Source: a virus. Taken from it: a stretch of 64,000 bases of DNA. Positions 25,166 through 32,724 of this stretch are shown here, piece by piece. The notes below the pieces were generated by a model, which made no database searches, had not been told where the DNA came from, and saw nothing but the letters and a program-made list of their open reading frames with translations. The DNA lies in IMG/VR virus record IMGVR_UViG_3300044683_000172, positions 1-64,000 of that record; one strand, given 5' to 3'. The translations under genes and the position numbers were made by a program. Position 1 is the first letter of the stretch. Every line of letters begins with the position of its first letter.

Positions 25166-26305
25166 ATGATGAGCGAAGAATATTGCAGCAAGTGTGGCGG
25201 TGAAGGCGTGCCGCCGCCAAAGTACGTCTATAGCGCTGACGGAAAGATTGTCGCTCTGACGAATCCTCTAGACCGCCTGAAATATGAGGCCGATCAGAAA
25301 CAGAACGAGCAAACTGAATCTTCTGGTCTGTCATTCAACGACGCGATTAAGTGGATTGAGAAGCGCGCTGGCGAATATCTCGTTCAGCACTCCTATATTG
25401 ACCCAGACACAGGAGCCGTCGAGTTCGGGACAGGGCGTCATGCCCAAGCCAAACGTGAATACGTTAGCGAGCTGGAAGAGATCATCGAAGGTTTGCGCGC
25501 GCTTGCTCGCACCCATGCTGCGGATGGCAAGAAGATGGGCAATCGGAGTTGCCAAGGTACCGCAGACACGTGCCCGAACGAATGCTCGTCACCGTGCCAA
25601 CCGCAAGCCGCCCAACAGCAAGCCGAGCCGACCACGGGCGAAGAAATCCAAGTCAACGTGTCTGGTGGCGACGTTTACACACTACCGCTTCAGGCGAGTG
25701 GCATGGACAAGCCTCGATTTGTGGTGCATGTGCCGCGCCAACAGCAGGACGAGCCGAAGTGCAAATCCTGCGGCGGTAACAATGCCGACATGCCATGCGC
25801 GTATCCGGAAGGCGGCCAGCCGCATTGCTTGAAGCAGGCCGAGCCGGTTGCGGAAATTCGCCACAGAAACGGCCATCCCTATGCGGCCATGCGCAAAGCC
25901 TATGATGCCAACGGCAACACTCTGGCAGAAGGAACATTGCTTTATCCGGGTGCCCAGCAGGACGAGCCGGGGGCGGATGAGCGCGCGGCGTTTGAGCACG
26001 CAGCGCAGCGCTGGGGCTTCGACTTGTCAGTCTGTAATGGCGTCTACACGGAAAGCAAAACGCACCATGCTTGGTGCATGTGGCAAGTTGCCGCCCAGTC
26101 CGATCACAAAAACGCCCAGAACAACGCCGTCCTTGATCGAATCGCCGGAGCCATCCAAGACGCATTCAAGCGTACCGTCGCCGGCCAGAAGCCTCGTCTT
26201 GCGGACATTTGCTTCAACGACGGCCTCAAATTGGCGCTCAATATCGTTCGCGCCGAATTCAAATCGCAGGAAATCAACGACGCCATGTGCAAGGAGAAGA
26301 AATGA
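25166..26305 (+). CDS. hypothetical protein with Cys clusters
   Basis: 379 aa. CSKCGGEG and KCKSCGG motifs, repeated QQDEP segments. Confidence 0.65.
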   Translation: MMSEEYCSKCGGEGVPPPKYVYSADGKIVALTNPLDRLKYEADQKQNEQTESSGLSFNDAIKWIEKRAGEYLVQHSYIDPDTGAVEFGTGRHAQAKREYVSELEEIIEGLRALARTHAADGKKMGNRSCQGTADTCPNECSSPCQPQAAQQQAEPTTGEEIQVNVSGGDVYTLPLQASGMDKPRFVVHVPRQQQDEPKCKSCGGNNADMPCAYPEGGQPHCLKQAEPVAEIRHRNGHPYAAMRKAYDANGNTLAEGTLLYPGAQQDEPGADERAAFEHAAQRWGFDLSVCNGVYTESKTHHAWCMWQVAAQSDHKNAQNNAVLDRIAGAIQDAFKRTVAGQKPRLADICFNDGLKLALNIVRAEFKSQEINDAMCKEKK

Positions 26306-26607
26306 TCAGCCACAAGCAGCCTCGGACGAAGGAAGTCGGTCCGTTTCCTCCAGAGATCAAGCCCGTTCACGTCGGCGTCTATCGAATCTCCAAAGTTGTG
26401 ACATCATCGTCCACGGTGATCCATAAGAAGAATAAACCGGCATTCCGTTGGTGGGACGGCAAAAACTGGGGATGGTCGGCAGCCACTCCGTATGACGCGA
26501 TGCAAAGGTCCGGAAGCGCATCCCATTACCAAGCCGTCGAATGGTACGGTCTCGCGCAAGCACGCGGCGAAGTCAAGAAAATTGCAAAAGGAGCAACAAC
26601 GCTGTGA
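26302..26607 (+). CDS. hypothetical protein
   Basis: ATGA overlap with the upstream stop. MISHKQPRTKEVGPFPPEIKPVHVGVYR... Confidence 0.55.
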   Translation: MISHKQPRTKEVGPFPPEIKPVHVGVYRISKVVTSSSTVIHKKNKPAFRWWDGKNWGWSAATPYDAMQRSGSASHYQAVEWYGLAQARGEVKKIAKGATTL

Positions 26608-26870
26608 CCTATTCTCTCGCTTACACCATCGCCATCTTCCTGATTCTCTTCGTGGCCTTCGCGGTCTATTCATTCGAAGACGAGTGGACGGACGCAAAAT
26701 TCTGGCGACAAGTCGATCCTGATCTCAGTTACTTCAGAGCGCTCATCAACGCTGCCTGCAAGTCGTCTGCCAGCGCGGCAATTGTGTCGACATGCATTTG
26801 CGCGGTAGGGTGGATTGCTATCGGGGCTTTCTTTCTGGTTTTGGCAGCAATTCGAACAATTTGGAGTTGA
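26604..26870 (+). CDS. small membrane protein
   Basis: GTG at 26604 overlapping the upstream stop. Two hydrophobic spans (VTYSLAYTIAIFLILFVAFAVY...; WIAIGAFFLVLAAI). The alternative ATG at 26541 would overlap by 66 nt. Confidence 0.45.
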   Translation: MTYSLAYTIAIFLILFVAFAVYSFEDEWTDAKFWRQVDPDLSYFRALINAACKSSASAAIVSTCICAVGWIAIGAFFLVLAAIRTIWS

Positions 26871-26872
26871 TT

Positions 26873-27010
26873 ATGATCAAAAGAAATGGCACATCGATCA
26901 TCTTTGCTTTCTTCGCGCTGATGTCGATCTTTGGTGGTGAAAAGGGCGCTGCGCTCGCATTCTTCTTCTTTTGCGGATTGACTTTGGATTTGAAGAGAGG
27001 GTGTGAGTGA
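26873..27010 (+). CDS. small membrane protein (45 aa)
   Basis: ATG at 26873 after GGAG. MIKRNGTSIIFAFFALMSIFGGEKGAALAFFFFCGL. Confidence 0.4.
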   Translation: MIKRNGTSIIFAFFALMSIFGGEKGAALAFFFFCGLTLDLKRGCE

Positions 27011-27852
27011 AACGAGAAGAGAATGAAATGTTGGACCAAATCAAATTCACTTCCGAGCACGAATTGCCTGTGCAATCCCTAAAGAGATCAGGGATTTACC
27101 GCATCGTATCGCCAAGCGGAAATTTCTATGTAGGAAGTGCTGTTGAAATTCGAAAACGATGGCGCAATCACAAGCGTCAACTTATCTCTGGCGTTCACCA
27201 CAACAAACCGCTGCAAGCTGCTGCCAAAAAGTACGGTTTGGAAAGCCTGCGATTCGAGATCATCGAGCACTGCGATTCTGATGTGCTCATTAACAGGGAA
27301 CAGTTTTACATCGACGCGCTGCGCCCTAAGTACAACACGTGTTTGGTGGCCGGAAGCCCACGCGGCGTGAAGCGTTCCGAAGAGACGAAGGCGAAGGTGC
27401 GCGCCGCGAATGTCGGCAGGAAGCACTCCGAAGAGACGAAGGCAAAACTGAGTGCCGCGAAGATCGGTAAGAGGCTTTCTGAGGACCACAAAGCGAAGTT
27501 GAGCGCGGCACGAATCGGCAAGATCGGCAAGAAGCATTCCGAAGAGACAAAGGCGAAGATGAGTGCGGCACACACCGGTAAGAAGTTTTCTGAGGAGCAC
27601 AAGGCGAAGATGAGCGCCGCGAATATCGGCAAGAAGCATTCCGAAGAGGCAAAGGCAAAAATGAGCGCGACACGAACCGGTAAGAGGCTTTCTGAGGAGC
27701 ACAAGGCAAATATGAGCGCCGCGCTTACCGGCAGGAAGCTTTCTGAGGAGCACAAGGCGAAGCTGCGCGCAGCGCGTCTGGCCTATTTGTCAAGGCGCAA
27801 CGGCGAGATTGGCACTTCGCTCGGATTTTCTTTCCCTGCTGATTCACTTTGA
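27007..27852 (+). CDS. free-standing GIY-YIG homing endonuclease with eight NUMOD3 repeats
   Basis: GIYRIVSPSGNFYVGSAVEIRKRWRNH (GIY-YIG), then 8 tandem SEE(T/H)KAK(L/M)SAAxxGKK units. GTG at 27007 or ATG at 27028. Confidence 0.9.
   Translation: MKREENEMLDQIKFTSEHELPVQSLKRSGIYRIVSPSGNFYVGSAVEIRKRWRNHKRQLISGVHHNKPLQAAAKKYGLESLRFEIIEHCDSDVLINREQFYIDALRPKYNTCLVAGSPRGVKRSEETKAKVRAANVGRKHSEETKAKLSAAKIGKRLSEDHKAKLSAARIGKIGKKHSEETKAKMSAAHTGKKFSEEHKAKMSAANIGKKHSEEAKAKMSATRTGKRLSEEHKANMSAALTGRKLSEEHKAKLRAARLAYLSRRNGEIGTSLGFSFPADSL
27376..27792 (+). repeat. 51-nt tandem coding repeats (NUMOD3 units)
   Basis: Eight 17-aa units (one of 20 aa) inside the endonuclease gene. These generate the spurious antisense ORFs 27088..27755. 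Confidence 0.85.
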
Positions 27853-27891
27853 AGCGCTAATATCAACTCTTTCTAACCTGGAGCCGTCTAC

Positions 27892-29040
27892 ATGACCGAC
27901 ATCCATTTCGAGCAATTCAACCCCCAACAAAAACGTGCCGTGGAATTGGCCGTCAGTTGGTACAAAGGCTGGGCTGACCGCAGCCATCGCAAGCAAATCT
28001 TTCGCCTCGGCGGTTATGCGGGCACTGGCAAAACGACCGTCGCACGAGTGATCGCTGAGTTGTGCGGCGGACAGCGCAAGGTCGTGTTCATTGCGCCGAC
28101 CGGAAAGGCCGCGAGTCGCCTGCGCCAAAAGGGTTGTGCCTACGCAAAGACCATGCACAGTTTCATCTACAACGTGCGCGGCGAAGACGAAGAAGGCGAA
28201 CCCATATTCAGCGCAAAAGGCGCGTTGGATGAGCGCCCGGTGCTTGTGATCATGGACGAGGCATCGATGGTCGGCGAGTATGACCGAAAGAACTTGCTGA
28301 TGCACGGCATCCCAATCCTGGAAATCGGCGACCCTGGCCAAATTCCACCGGTGAAAGACAAGCAAGTATTCACGCTCGATTCGCTGGACTTCGTTCTGGA
28401 AGACATCGAGCGCAACGCCGGCAATATCGTCAAGGCATCCATGTTTATTCGCCAAGGCAAGCGCCTTCCTGTCCGCGAGTATGACGATGCGCGCGTTCGC
28501 GAAGGGAAGCCGGACGATGCGACGATGCGCGAACATCTGGGCGAGGATGCCGTAATTCTGTGCGCATTCAACTCCAGCCGCGAGTGGATGAACGAACGGG
28601 CGCGACGACTGCTTGGCTTCTCCGGAGACATCCCGCAAGTTGGCGAGAAGGTTGTATGCACCTTCAACCAGCACGGCTATGGCTGGATGAACGGAGAACA
28701 GGGAATCATCATCAATTACTATGACATTCCTGACGAAGAGAAGGACGACGAAAACGAAGACTGCATGTTTGCAACGATCAAGTCCCTGACGGACGGAAAA
28801 GAGCGTCGCATCATGTTTAATCCGCTTTCGTTCTCGCCGGACGGCGAACAGAAGAAAGCCGCACAGCGCTCGATTGGCGGCGTGGACTACGGCTACTGCC
28901 TCACTGTCCACAAGTCGCAGGGGAGTGAGTGGCCGCGCGTGATGATTATCGAAGAAACATTGCGCGGTGTCCCATACGAGCAAATGATGTATACTGCTGT
29001 GACGCGCGCCATCGACCAATTCACGCTGTACCGACAATAG
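27892..29040 (+). CDS. RecD/Dda-like SF1 DNA helicase
   Basis: GGYAGTGKTT Walker A, VIMDEASMV, IGDPGQIPPV, and YGYCLTVHKSQGSEW at the C-terminus. Confidence 0.9.
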   Translation: MTDIHFEQFNPQQKRAVELAVSWYKGWADRSHRKQIFRLGGYAGTGKTTVARVIAELCGGQRKVVFIAPTGKAASRLRQKGCAYAKTMHSFIYNVRGEDEEGEPIFSAKGALDERPVLVIMDEASMVGEYDRKNLLMHGIPILEIGDPGQIPPVKDKQVFTLDSLDFVLEDIERNAGNIVKASMFIRQGKRLPVREYDDARVREGKPDDATMREHLGEDAVILCAFNSSREWMNERARRLLGFSGDIPQVGEKVVCTFNQHGYGWMNGEQGIIINYYDIPDEEKDDENEDCMFATIKSLTDGKERRIMFNPLSFSPDGEQKKAAQRSIGGVDYGYCLTVHKSQGSEWPRVMIIEETLRGVPYEQMMYTAVTRAIDQFTLYRQ

Positions 29041-29088
29041 TGAATGTTTTAAAGTTCCGATAGGACACTGATTTAAAGTGTACTTTAA

Positions 29089-29142
29089 AGGAAGCGGAGC
29101 CCATATGAAATTTATTTGGGAGTCGCTTCCTTTTTCGTTTTT
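29089..29142 (+). terminator. rho-independent terminator
   Basis: AGGAAGCG...CGCTTCCT stem followed by TTTTTCGTTTTT. Confidence 0.6.
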
Positions 29143-29210
29143 CTGGAGGCATAATAACTACACCTCAGCGGAAACGCTTAATTCGATCTAACCAAATTTC
29201 GGAGAACATT

Positions 29211-29975
29211 ATGTCGCAAAACGAAGAACAAGCCAAGGCAGCACGGGACGAAGCAAAGGCCGCCAAGAAGGCCCAGCGCGAAGCCGAGAAGCAGCGCAAG
29301 GCCGAGGAAAAGGCCGCGAAGGACGCCGAGAAGCAAGCGCAGCGCGAAGCCGAACTGAAGAAGAAGGAAGAAGAGCGCGCCGCCAAGGCTGCCGAAAAGC
29401 AGGCCGAACGCGAAGCGAAGAACCGCGAAATGGCCGAGAAGCGCGAACAGGAAAAGGCCGCCAAGGCTGCTGAACGCGAAGCCGCGAAGGCCGAGGCCGC
29501 TGCGAAGAAGGAAGCCGACAAGGCCGCGAAGAAGGAAGCGCGCGAAGCCGAGAAGGCTGCTGCGAAGGCCCAGAAGGAAGCCGACAAGGAAGCGAAGAAG
29601 GCTGCCCGTCTGGCCGAAATCGAAGAGCGCAAGCAGGCTCGCAAGGCGGAAGCCAAGGCGCGTGCCGAGGCTGTGGCGGCCCGCAAGGCCGAAACCAAGG
29701 GCGACGGTCGGCGCGCGAAGGCAACGCACATCGTGTACAACGGCCATGGCCTGAGCAACCCGCAAGCAATGTCGGTGCGCGGCAATGTGCTGGCGAAGAT
29801 CAAGGAAAACTGCCCGGTCGGCGAACAAGTCAGCATCGAGCAAGTGGCCGCGTTCTGCAAGCCCGTTCTGTACGGCGCGAACGTTCGAAGCTTCCTGGCC
29901 AAACTCGAAGAGATGGGCCATCTGGATTTCGTGACCGTGTCCAGCGAGCCGGCTGCGGAACCTGAAGCCGCGTGA
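29211..29975 (+). CDS. Lys/Ala/Glu-rich coiled-coil protein with globular C-terminal domain
   Basis: About 160 aa of AKKAQREAEKQRKAEEKAAK-type low complexity, then about 90 aa of ordinary sequence (HIVYNGHGLSNPQAMSVRGNVLAKIKENCP...). Confidence 0.7.
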   Translation: MSQNEEQAKAARDEAKAAKKAQREAEKQRKAEEKAAKDAEKQAQREAELKKKEEERAAKAAEKQAEREAKNREMAEKREQEKAAKAAEREAAKAEAAAKKEADKAAKKEAREAEKAAAKAQKEADKEAKKAARLAEIEERKQARKAEAKARAEAVAARKAETKGDGRRAKATHIVYNGHGLSNPQAMSVRGNVLAKIKENCPVGEQVSIEQVAAFCKPVLYGANVRSFLAKLEEMGHLDFVTVSSEPAAEPEAA

Positions 29976-30034
29976 CGCTCTCTAAGTAACTCCCCCACTC
30001 ACTGGTTACACCCACGGCCAGTGATTTTGTGCAG

Positions 30035-30095
30035 ACCCGCTTAGATGTCAGAGACTCCCCGGAATCTGACGTATAATCTAAGCGGGTTCTTTTTC
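30035..30095 (+). terminator. 12-bp hairpin plus T-run that encloses a promoter -10 box
   Basis: ACCCGCTTAGAT (30035-30046) pairs with ATCTAAGCGGGT (30076-30087), then TCTTTTTCG. The loop carries GGAATCTGACGTATAAT. Confidence 0.55.
30065..30077 (+). promoter_or_regulatory. conserved promoter-like box TCTGACGTATAAT (second copy at 7532-7544)
   Basis: Identical 13-mer (17-mer GGAWTCTGACGTATAAT) at two sites, each 30-45 nt upstream of an AGAAAGGA-led gene. No good -35. Confidence 0.4.
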
Positions 30096-30123
30096 GTCTA
30101 AAGAATGAACAGAAAGGATAATC

Positions 30124-31107
30124 ATGGCTAAATACAATCGCATTATCGGCGCAGGCTTGGCTGGTCTGATCGCGGCGTGTCACTTCAAGGATGCCGAGAT
30201 TTACGAGGCCGGTCCACGGCAAGACAACCACAAGGCTCTTTTGCGATTTCGCGACGAGTCGGTGTCCAATCTGACTGGCATCCCGTTCAAACCGGTCACC
30301 GTCGATAAGGCGATCTACTTGGATGGCTGTTCGCCGGGATCGCGTGAGCGCGGCCTGTATGGCGCCTGTACCATCCAGATGGCCAATTGGTATGCCACGA
30401 AGACGACCGGACACGTTGCCGGCCGCAGCATCTGGAACCTGGAGCGGGCGACTCGCTATATCGCGCCGGAAGATTTCCATCAACGTCTCGTGGACAAGGC
30501 TGGATTCCTGGTCAACTACGAAAAGCCGATTGATACGATCCACTCGTGGGACAAACATCATTACAACACCATCAGCACCGCACCTTTGCCGGTCATGTTG
30601 AAGGCAGCTGGAATCGAGTTGCCGCATCTTCAAACGGAAAAGGCGCCGATCAAGGTTCAGCGTTTCCGCATTCCGAAGTGCGATGTTTACCAAACGATTT
30701 ATTTCCCTGAGATGGAATTGCGAGTGTTCCGAGCTTCCATAACCGGAGATATGTTGATCATCGAATCGGTGATGGAAAAGCACAATTCGGTGTTCGATTG
30801 GTGGTACATGCCAGATGCCGAATTGGATGTGGTTCTCACCGCGTTTGGTCTGAACCATCTACTGATGGACATCGAGCACCTGGAAGATGTTGAGCAGAAG
30901 TATGGCAAGATCGTGCCGATATCTTCCGAGCAGCGTCACGCGGTTCTCTATGAGCTCACCGAGCGATTCGGCGTCTATTCGCTGGGGCGATTCGCGACGT
31001 GGCGGAACATCCTTCTGGACGATGTGGTGAAGGACATCGCCGTGATCGACCGACTCATCAAGGCGTCCGACTATGGGCGCCTCCACATGACTTCGGAGAT
31101 GGTATGA
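30124..31107 (+). CDS. FAD/NAD(P)-binding Rossmann protein, UDP-galactopyranose mutase / amine-oxidase-like
   Basis: N-terminal IIGAGLAGLIAACHF dinucleotide-binding motif, ISTAPLPVM, and C-terminal SLGRFATWRNILLDDVV resembling the GRxxxYxYxxMD end of Glf-type flavoenzymes. Confidence 0.65.
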   Translation: MAKYNRIIGAGLAGLIAACHFKDAEIYEAGPRQDNHKALLRFRDESVSNLTGIPFKPVTVDKAIYLDGCSPGSRERGLYGACTIQMANWYATKTTGHVAGRSIWNLERATRYIAPEDFHQRLVDKAGFLVNYEKPIDTIHSWDKHHYNTISTAPLPVMLKAAGIELPHLQTEKAPIKVQRFRIPKCDVYQTIYFPEMELRVFRASITGDMLIIESVMEKHNSVFDWWYMPDAELDVVLTAFGLNHLLMDIEHLEDVEQKYGKIVPISSEQRHAVLYELTERFGVYSLGRFATWRNILLDDVVKDIAVIDRLIKASDYGRLHMTSEMV

Positions 31108-31463
31108 TCAGCAAGCTTGATAAGGCTCAAATGGCTGAATACGGCAACGCCAGCGTCGTGTGCACCGCTCCTGGTCCGTTGAACGGAAAGATGGCGTTGG
31201 CGCGGCCGCATCCGACTCAGCCGGACATGTTCTTGGTCCAGTTCAACGATCTGAATTCGCGTTGGCCTAACACTACGTTTGATGATTTCAACTACGAGTG
31301 GCAGCCGCGCAACTGCCTTGGCTTCGGGTGGACGGTCTTCCAATCCAAATTCTTCAAGTCGATGACGAAAGAGGATTTGGACAAGCGCGTGAAATTCCGA
31401 TGCTTGCCGTCTGGGTTGCCCGTTGGGCGACTCATATCTGTGACCACCAAATTCCCAGATTGA
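31104..31463 (+). CDS. hypothetical protein
   Basis: ATGA overlap with the upstream stop. 119 aa. Confidence 0.55.
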   Translation: MISKLDKAQMAEYGNASVVCTAPGPLNGKMALARPHPTQPDMFLVQFNDLNSRWPNTTFDDFNYEWQPRNCLGFGWTVFQSKFFKSMTKEDLDKRVKFRCLPSGLPVGRLISVTTKFPD

Positions 31464-31510
31464 CGTGAACATCAGCGATGAGGCATAATAACCTCATCGC
31501 TTTTGCGTTT
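31460..31510 (+). promoter_or_regulatory. promoter TTGACG-N18-CATAAT nested in a terminator hairpin
   Basis: AGCGATGAGG (31474-31483) pairs with CCTCATCGCT (31492-31501), then TTTTGCGTTTC. The 8-nt loop is CATAATAA, i.e. the -10 box. Confidence 0.5.
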
Positions 31511-31529
31511 CTCAGAAAGGAATAGAACT

Positions 31530-31715
31530 ATGAAGGCCGTACTTGCTTCCATCCGACAGTTGGCTTCCATCGCCGTTCAAGAGGCCGTCGCTCGCATCAA
31601 GGATCGTTCTGTCAGCGAGCCGCCGACGTTCTACTGCCAGGAGTTGGATTCGTTTACCGGAGATGACGGCCTTCAGTATGTTGTTGAAATCACTGTACGT
31701 CTGAAGGAGGATTGA
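31530..31715 (+). CDS. hypothetical protein (61 aa)
   Basis: ATG after a TCAGAAAGGAATAGAACT leader. Confidence 0.45.
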   Translation: MKAVLASIRQLASIAVQEAVARIKDRSVSEPPTFYCQELDSFTGDDGLQYVVEITVRLKED

Positions 31716-31889
31716 ATGTACAAGGTTCTGGTCACGACGATTTATATCGGTTGCGGCTCGGGAGCAGCCGTCCATACGTCTACTATCGAATTCGATAGCC
31801 ACGCGCTCGCTACCGCTGCCGTTCGTATCATCAACGAAAACCACTGCGACAATAACTACAGCCAGAAAGCCCTGGCCCTCTTCCAATGA
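31716..31889 (+). CDS. hypothetical protein (57 aa)
   Basis: GAAGGAGG SD. MYKVLVTTIYIGCGSGAAVHTS... Stop overlaps the thyX start (ATGA). Confidence 0.4.
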   Translation: MYKVLVTTIYIGCGSGAAVHTSTIEFDSHALATAAVRIINENHCDNNYSQKALALFQ

Positions 31890-32716
31890 AAGTCACCCTC
31901 ATATCCCACACCCAAAACGCTCTGGAGCTTCTGGTTGATACGAAGCACACGCGTATGCGCGGCAAGACGGCCGATCAGATGACTGAAGCCGAACGATATG
32001 AGCACTTCCAGTACATGCTTGATACGATCCGCTCGCCGTTCGAGTTCGTTGATTACATCTTCCAGATCGAAGGCGTGTCCAAGAACTTCACGCATCAACT
32101 GGTTCGCACACGTACGGGCGCGTATCAGCAGGAAACCAGTCGCGCGCTGGAAATATCGGCCTTCGATACGATCAAGCCGAAGGCATTCGATGGAAACGGA
32201 CAGATAGATACGCCCTTGAATGAAGTTTGGGCGGACGCAATCGCCGATGCAGACGCCAACTACAAACAGTTGATTGCAATGGGCGCCGACCTTCAAGACG
32301 CCCGCGCCATCCTTCCGTCCAACATGGCCACCAAGATCATGGCCAAGTTTAATCTCCGGACGCTTTCTGATATGGCCAAGAACCGCCTGTGCGCACGTAC
32401 ACAAGGTGAGTATCAGGAAGTCTTTCGGGCAATGCGCGCGGCGGTGTTGGAAGTTCATCCCTGGTCCGACCCGCTCTTGCAGGTGGCGTGCGTTGCGACA
32501 GGGCAATGCGCCTTTCCGCGTTGGGGATCGAAGGTTATCGAGACGACGGCAAACGTACTGGGCCGCGATACCGTCATCGGTCAGAAGTATCAGTGTCCGC
32601 ACTATCGGCCTTGGATGGACCTGTCCGCTCAGAAGGAAGCATTGCGCGTATCCTTCTGGTCCAAGGAAGAAATCGCGCAAGCCAACCCCGTCGCCAAGAA
32701 TGGCGTTTCCATGTAA
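31886..32716 (+). CDS. thyX: ThyX-family (flavin-dependent thymidylate synthase-like) protein with variant signature motif
   Basis: FQIEGVSKNFTHQLVRTRTGAYQQETSRAL aligns with the ThyX RHRxxxxxxxS motif but reads RTR. Downstream ARAILPSNMATKIMAKFNLRTL...RLCARTQGEYQ fits the family. Confidence 0.8.
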   Translation: MKVTLISHTQNALELLVDTKHTRMRGKTADQMTEAERYEHFQYMLDTIRSPFEFVDYIFQIEGVSKNFTHQLVRTRTGAYQQETSRALEISAFDTIKPKAFDGNGQIDTPLNEVWADAIADADANYKQLIAMGADLQDARAILPSNMATKIMAKFNLRTLSDMAKNRLCARTQGEYQEVFRAMRAAVLEVHPWSDPLLQVACVATGQCAFPRWGSKVIETTANVLGRDTVIGQKYQCPHYRPWMDLSAQKEALRVSFWSKEEIAQANPVAKNGVSM

Positions 32717-32724
32717 GGAACTTC

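Noticed and set aside
27376-27792. Regular 51-nt repeats that could be mistaken for a CRISPR or satellite array.
   Set aside because: The repeats are contiguous with no unique spacers. They are in frame and encode NUMOD3 motifs of the GIY-YIG endonuclease.
29165-29998. Three overlapping minus-strand ORFs (277, 247 and 186 aa) opposite the Lys/Ala/Glu-rich gene.
   Set aside because: These are mirror-image low-complexity frames (Ala/Ser/Arg/Leu) produced by the GCN/AAG/GAA codon repeats of the plus-strand gene. They have no independent start context.
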